Position numbers and translations under genes: made by a program
In this document: in pieces, positions 59,184-64,000 of the stretch
Numbering within the stretch: position 1 is the first letter of the stretch
How the letters are laid out: each line of letters begins with the position of its first letter
The notes under the pieces: model-generated
What the model was told of the DNA's origin: nothing
Seen by the model: the letters and a program-made list of their open reading frames with translations, nothing else
Database searches by the model: none
NCBI GenBank assembly: GCA_964016885.1
Contig: OZ024758.1
Coordinates: 3,162,001 to 3,226,000, forward strand
Source: Eledone cirrhosa
Lineage: Eukaryota
Length of the DNA stretch: 64,000 nt
Reading direction: 5' to 3'

Positions 59184-59280
59184 CAGGGTGTCCCAAATAT
59201 GTATATAAACTTTGATTACATGTACTGACAATATCTATTAGACACCCTATCTATTAAACACAATATCTATTCGACACCCT
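59184..59280. mobile_element. Possible Tc1/mariner MITE remnant
   Basis: TA-CAGGGTGTCCCA start, with gacaccct occurring twice at the right end. Confidence 0.35.
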
Positions 59281-59869
59281 TTTTAAAATATATATATATA
59301 TATATCCCACTCTCTCAATCTATATATATATATTACAAGGCGGCAACAAACAAAGTTTCAAGAAGTCTTAATAGTTTCACGCTTTATATTGGAAAAAGGA
59401 AAGAAAGAGGAATATATATGTGTGTGTGTGCGTGCGTGTGTGTATGTTTATTTGTGTATGCATCTGTGTATATGCATGTGTGTGTCTGAGTGTGTGTGTA
59501 TTTGGTTTTGAAGTGTTATGCTTTTATATGTTATACTTTATTCTGCAGAAAGATCAGTATCAATGCCATTTTAATAACTTCAGATCTAGAGGCTGATGGA
59601 AGGGATTCATCCTCAAACTGAAAATCTTTTGAACGATCTTGCAGTGGAATTGACTCCTTTAATTTAACAATGTTAATATTCTTAAACTGAATAACCCTCG
59701 AAGTAATCCAAGGTTAATTACCCAAGGAGGTAAAGGTGGTTTTTCGTTTAGTGAACTCTAATATGACACTGTCAAGTGAAATCCTAAATGTCACAAAACC
59801 TTACGATGAATATTGATATAGGGACATATACAGGTTATATGTGTAAATCACAAACATTACACAAATCCT

Positions 59870-60098
59870 TCTCCTTCGCGCACTTAACCCTGGGAGGGTC
59901 GTGGGGTCAGATTCCTAAAACACTCCATTCAGTGGGTTCTGTCAGAAGCAACAATCTCGAACTGATCCGGCTGAATCCCCAAATTAAGGTATATTATCCA
60001 ACCATCTTCCACGTGGGTATCTAGCCCTGTCTCCTGTCGATTGGTATTGCCCGTAAAATGTGTCCAGCGATTCTTTCCTGGGCCATACTAACCACACA
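59870..60098 (-). pseudogene. RTE LINE 3' end fragment
   Basis: Minus strand translates to VVSMAQERIAGHILRA...PRGRWLDNI; homologous to 21505-21760. Confidence 0.7.
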
Positions 60099-61504
60099 AC
60101 ATTCTTAATATATTAATTCGTTGGAATAGCATTAACCGTATTTCTTTTAAAATTAGCCAATCTCGTTGTACACGATATATGTTTGATATTATTTCTGAAA
60201 CAAAATCAATTAGTCTCTTTTCTCAATCAGTATTCTAAATCGTTGCCATCTCAATTTCTCACAGTTATCTAGGAAGATACACACCTGAACCCAATTATCA
60301 TTAACTTGTGTCACCTGCATTTGATCCGAATATAATTAGCTTAATATTTCGTCAATTAGAATGAAATCCATTTTAATTTAATAATTGTTTCTAGCCAAGG
60401 TGCAAAGAAAGAATCTTAGGGGGCTATAGTTATTTGATTATATTGTTCTCAGTGCATGTTTTACCGACCCCGAACATATGAAAGGAAAAATTCAGTACGG
60501 GTAGTATAACACCCGAAGAAGGATCATGAATGGATGATGAGGACCACGATGGTTATGACAGGAGTTAGGATAAATTGTGATTTCTAGCCGAAAAACCACA
60601 CATCGGGTGGTTTTCTGCAATCATATATAGTGTCTATATTGATATTATACGCAAGTATATATGCATGTAGATAGGATACATCAAATAAAATCGTAATTGA
60701 CAATATTCACAGCAATTGAACGAAGACTGCGTTACACTGTCTTATGTAATCAAAAACGTAATCCATAATACATTAAACAAAGACTATATTATATATAAAC
60801 TGCATCAGGAGAAAATTAGTGACAGAAATATATGAATGTTTATTTAAGAGATCGTTAAGCGGAAGTGTTGACATTTGAAAATGTTAAAGAAGTGAATCTT
60901 AAAATAACCAACAAAATTATTTATATTTAATCAAGTATAACGAAATGTAGTAGATACATTATGTAATATTCCTTCACCAGTAATGTACTGGGTAATTGCT
61001 GGCCTTGTGCTTAAAGTAGAAACAATTATTTATTCAAAGCAATCGAACTTATTTTACAAACGGGATTACAAAATATATTCCGGACGCAGTCCCGCACTCC
61101 TTACTGTATTATAGTTTAGATGACGACAATGGCAGTCTTATGACGTAACTATGTATGATTATGACGGTCGAGTAAATGGAAGCTACAAAAAGACTCAGCA
61201 ACAGAAACTTCTAGATGTTTTACACATTCCATTGGTTCCTAGTTTCCATTTCTTTTCGTTTTCTTATGGCATGATCTACTGGCCTTCAATATTTGAAATT
61301 TTATTTTTATTCATTAATATAAATTTAATATTTTACTCTTCTTTAATTTATTTTTATTACTTGTCTGGCTAGCTATGTTTGATTACCAACTGTAAGGATT
61401 ACTCGATACTCTCCCTAGTCTACCACATCTTACTAGCTCTATACGGACGTTTAAATTGAATAAATATATATAGAGATAAATAAATAGACATGTTGAGGAT
61501 GGTC

Positions 61505-61625
61505 ATAATTGTTTCTACTTTTGGCACAAGGCCAGTAATTATCCCAGTGCATTACTGGTACTTTATTTTATCGACCCTGTAAGGATGAAAGGCAAAGTTA
61601 ACCTCGGTGGGATTTGAACTCAGAA
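61505..61625 (-). mobile_element. MetaSINE (5'-truncated)
   Basis: Reverse-strand tail and core. A + strand tail fragment also lies at ~60975-61030. Confidence 0.8.
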
Positions 61626-62032
61626 TACATGGAGTAACGATGATGACATCAATAACGACAGTGATGATGATGTTGATAGCTTTTATGTCAAACTGCAAAC
61701 ACAACCCGAAATGAAATTATATGAAAAACACACCTCAGACCTAAATAATATGTAAATAGCATTTTAGTGAAGATATTGATTTCAGAGAGTTTCACAACGA
61801 CAACAAAGTCGGGGTTAGTATGTGTTAAGAACGCTACTTTGTATTTCCCTAATGATTTACAAAATTTTATGACCGAGAAAACATAATCAAAATAGAAAGT
61901 TAACGTAGCAATGATTATATTCGACATGAATTAGTAGTTAAACAAAAATATTGCTACGCATAAATTCATTTAAGTGTATGTATAACTATCTTGTGTATAT
62001 GTATAGTATCTGGTACCTCTCTATAACTACCG

Positions 62033-62641
<609 letters not shown>

Positions 62642-63418
62642 TTATGTAAAGGCATTAATCATTATCTCTACGCTTATCAATATTCTAATTAGTCATTTTG
62701 GGATTGAAAACCATAAAACAGAGACCAAATTTCTTTTAGTAAACTCACCTCCTATAATTTTGGAAACTATGTTTGCAATGATTTAGTTACCTTTGCTTTC
62801 AGTTCTGTAATATTTTGTGTCTTTTCTGACCTCAGTATTCACACAGTAAAGTACATGAAACATGATAGTGGGTACATATTAATGAATCAATGTTACCAAA
62901 GTATATTTCATAGGTTATACAATCTGCTCAATGTATCTAATCCTTCTATAGATCATATGTGTTTGAAAAACAAATGATATTACTTTCGATTTCCTAACGC
63001 TCATTGTATCTCTAGGCTGTCAAAACCATACAGTACATGCGCCATTTTAATAAAACTGAGTATATTTCAATCGTTTATGTATTATTCCAATTACATTAGT
63101 CACTTGTCAATAATAGTATGAAGCATCTATCTTATTATATTCCAGATAAAAATAAAATAGTTTATTTCATAAAACAATATCTTGAGAGTCGTTCCATAAC
63201 AATAGCAGTAGGGACCAAGTGTATTTAATGTGTCTGGTTAAGTACTACAATGTCAGGTGCTATCCACCATAATCTGAAAACCTTGGAAATACATCAGTCA
63301 GCGCATTATTTATCGCATGGCATGTTTCTGCAACCGGTGTAAAACAGACACCTAGCCTATAGATGAACTTAGTTCGAAGTTGTGGGTATATAATCTGGGT
63401 ATACATATATGTATATAT

Positions 63419-63552
63419 AGGAAAAGAGTCAGGGACCCGACGGCTGGGCTCCGACCGTTTGGACAGCTAGTTCGGATATGTCGAAATGGCCGGAGCTCAG
63501 ACGTCAGGATCCTGGCTCTTTCCCTGTTACCTACTCTACTAACCTTCAGTAC

Positions 63553-63587
<35 letters not shown>

Positions 63588-63670
63588 AGAGACATGTCCC
63601 CAACGGCTGAACCCCGGCCGTTTCGACACCTAAATCCGAACTCTGGTATCTTACCACACCCTCTTTGTTA
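63419..63670. mobile_element. Two degenerate family E foldback fragments separated by (TA)n
   Basis: Hairpin gggacccgacggctgggctccgaccgttt...gtcgaaatggccggagctcagacgtc, then ccccaacggctgaaccccggccgtttcgac and a cttaccacac tail. Confidence 0.6.
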
Positions 63671-64000
63671 TATATATATATAGAGAGAGATAGATAATTG
63701 GAGAGCGAGATTCTTAAATGTATATGTACGCATATATGTGTGTGTACATGAGTATGCTACATGTGTTCGTGAATGTGATGTGTGTCTGTTCAGACGTTTC
63801 AGGGGAAATAATTTATCTAATAAATAACAATAGCGTCGGATAAAATGGCAACATTTGTTTTATTAACATATAATTATCTTTTGTGGATCTACAATTGAAC
63901 TTCCCGCTCTTTGTAGTTTATATTACGTGCTTCATTAACCCTTTTCAATATTTCCCATACATGCATTGTTCTTTCAATTAGAGCTGAGAAAGTATGTATC

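Overview
Very AT-rich eukaryotic DNA dominated by (TA)n/(CA)n/(TACA)n microsatellites and decayed transposable elements. The repeat make-up (Meta-domain and CORE-type tRNA SINEs, RTE LINE debris, Penelope remnants) suggests a cephalopod genome, probably Octopus; this is inference. I cannot support any intact host protein-coding gene, and nearly all listed ORFs are microsatellite translation artefacts. Recognisable elements: about 20 MetaSINE copies (several with clear target-site duplications), CORE-type SINEs, RTE LINE endonuclease, RT and 3' fragments, a CRE-like REL-endonuclease C-terminal fragment, a Penelope GIY-YIG fragment, two hAT-Charlie MITEs and a 420-bp foldback element. The most notable signal is a set of at least five unrelated short element families next to (TA)n arrays. 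Most are built as inverted-repeat hairpins plus a tail and carry type I hammerhead-ribozyme cores (CUGAnGA...GAAA...UH); three families have a closing stem I. They match Penelope-like pseudo-LTR ribozymes. All structures were read by eye and coordinates of degenerate elements are approximate.
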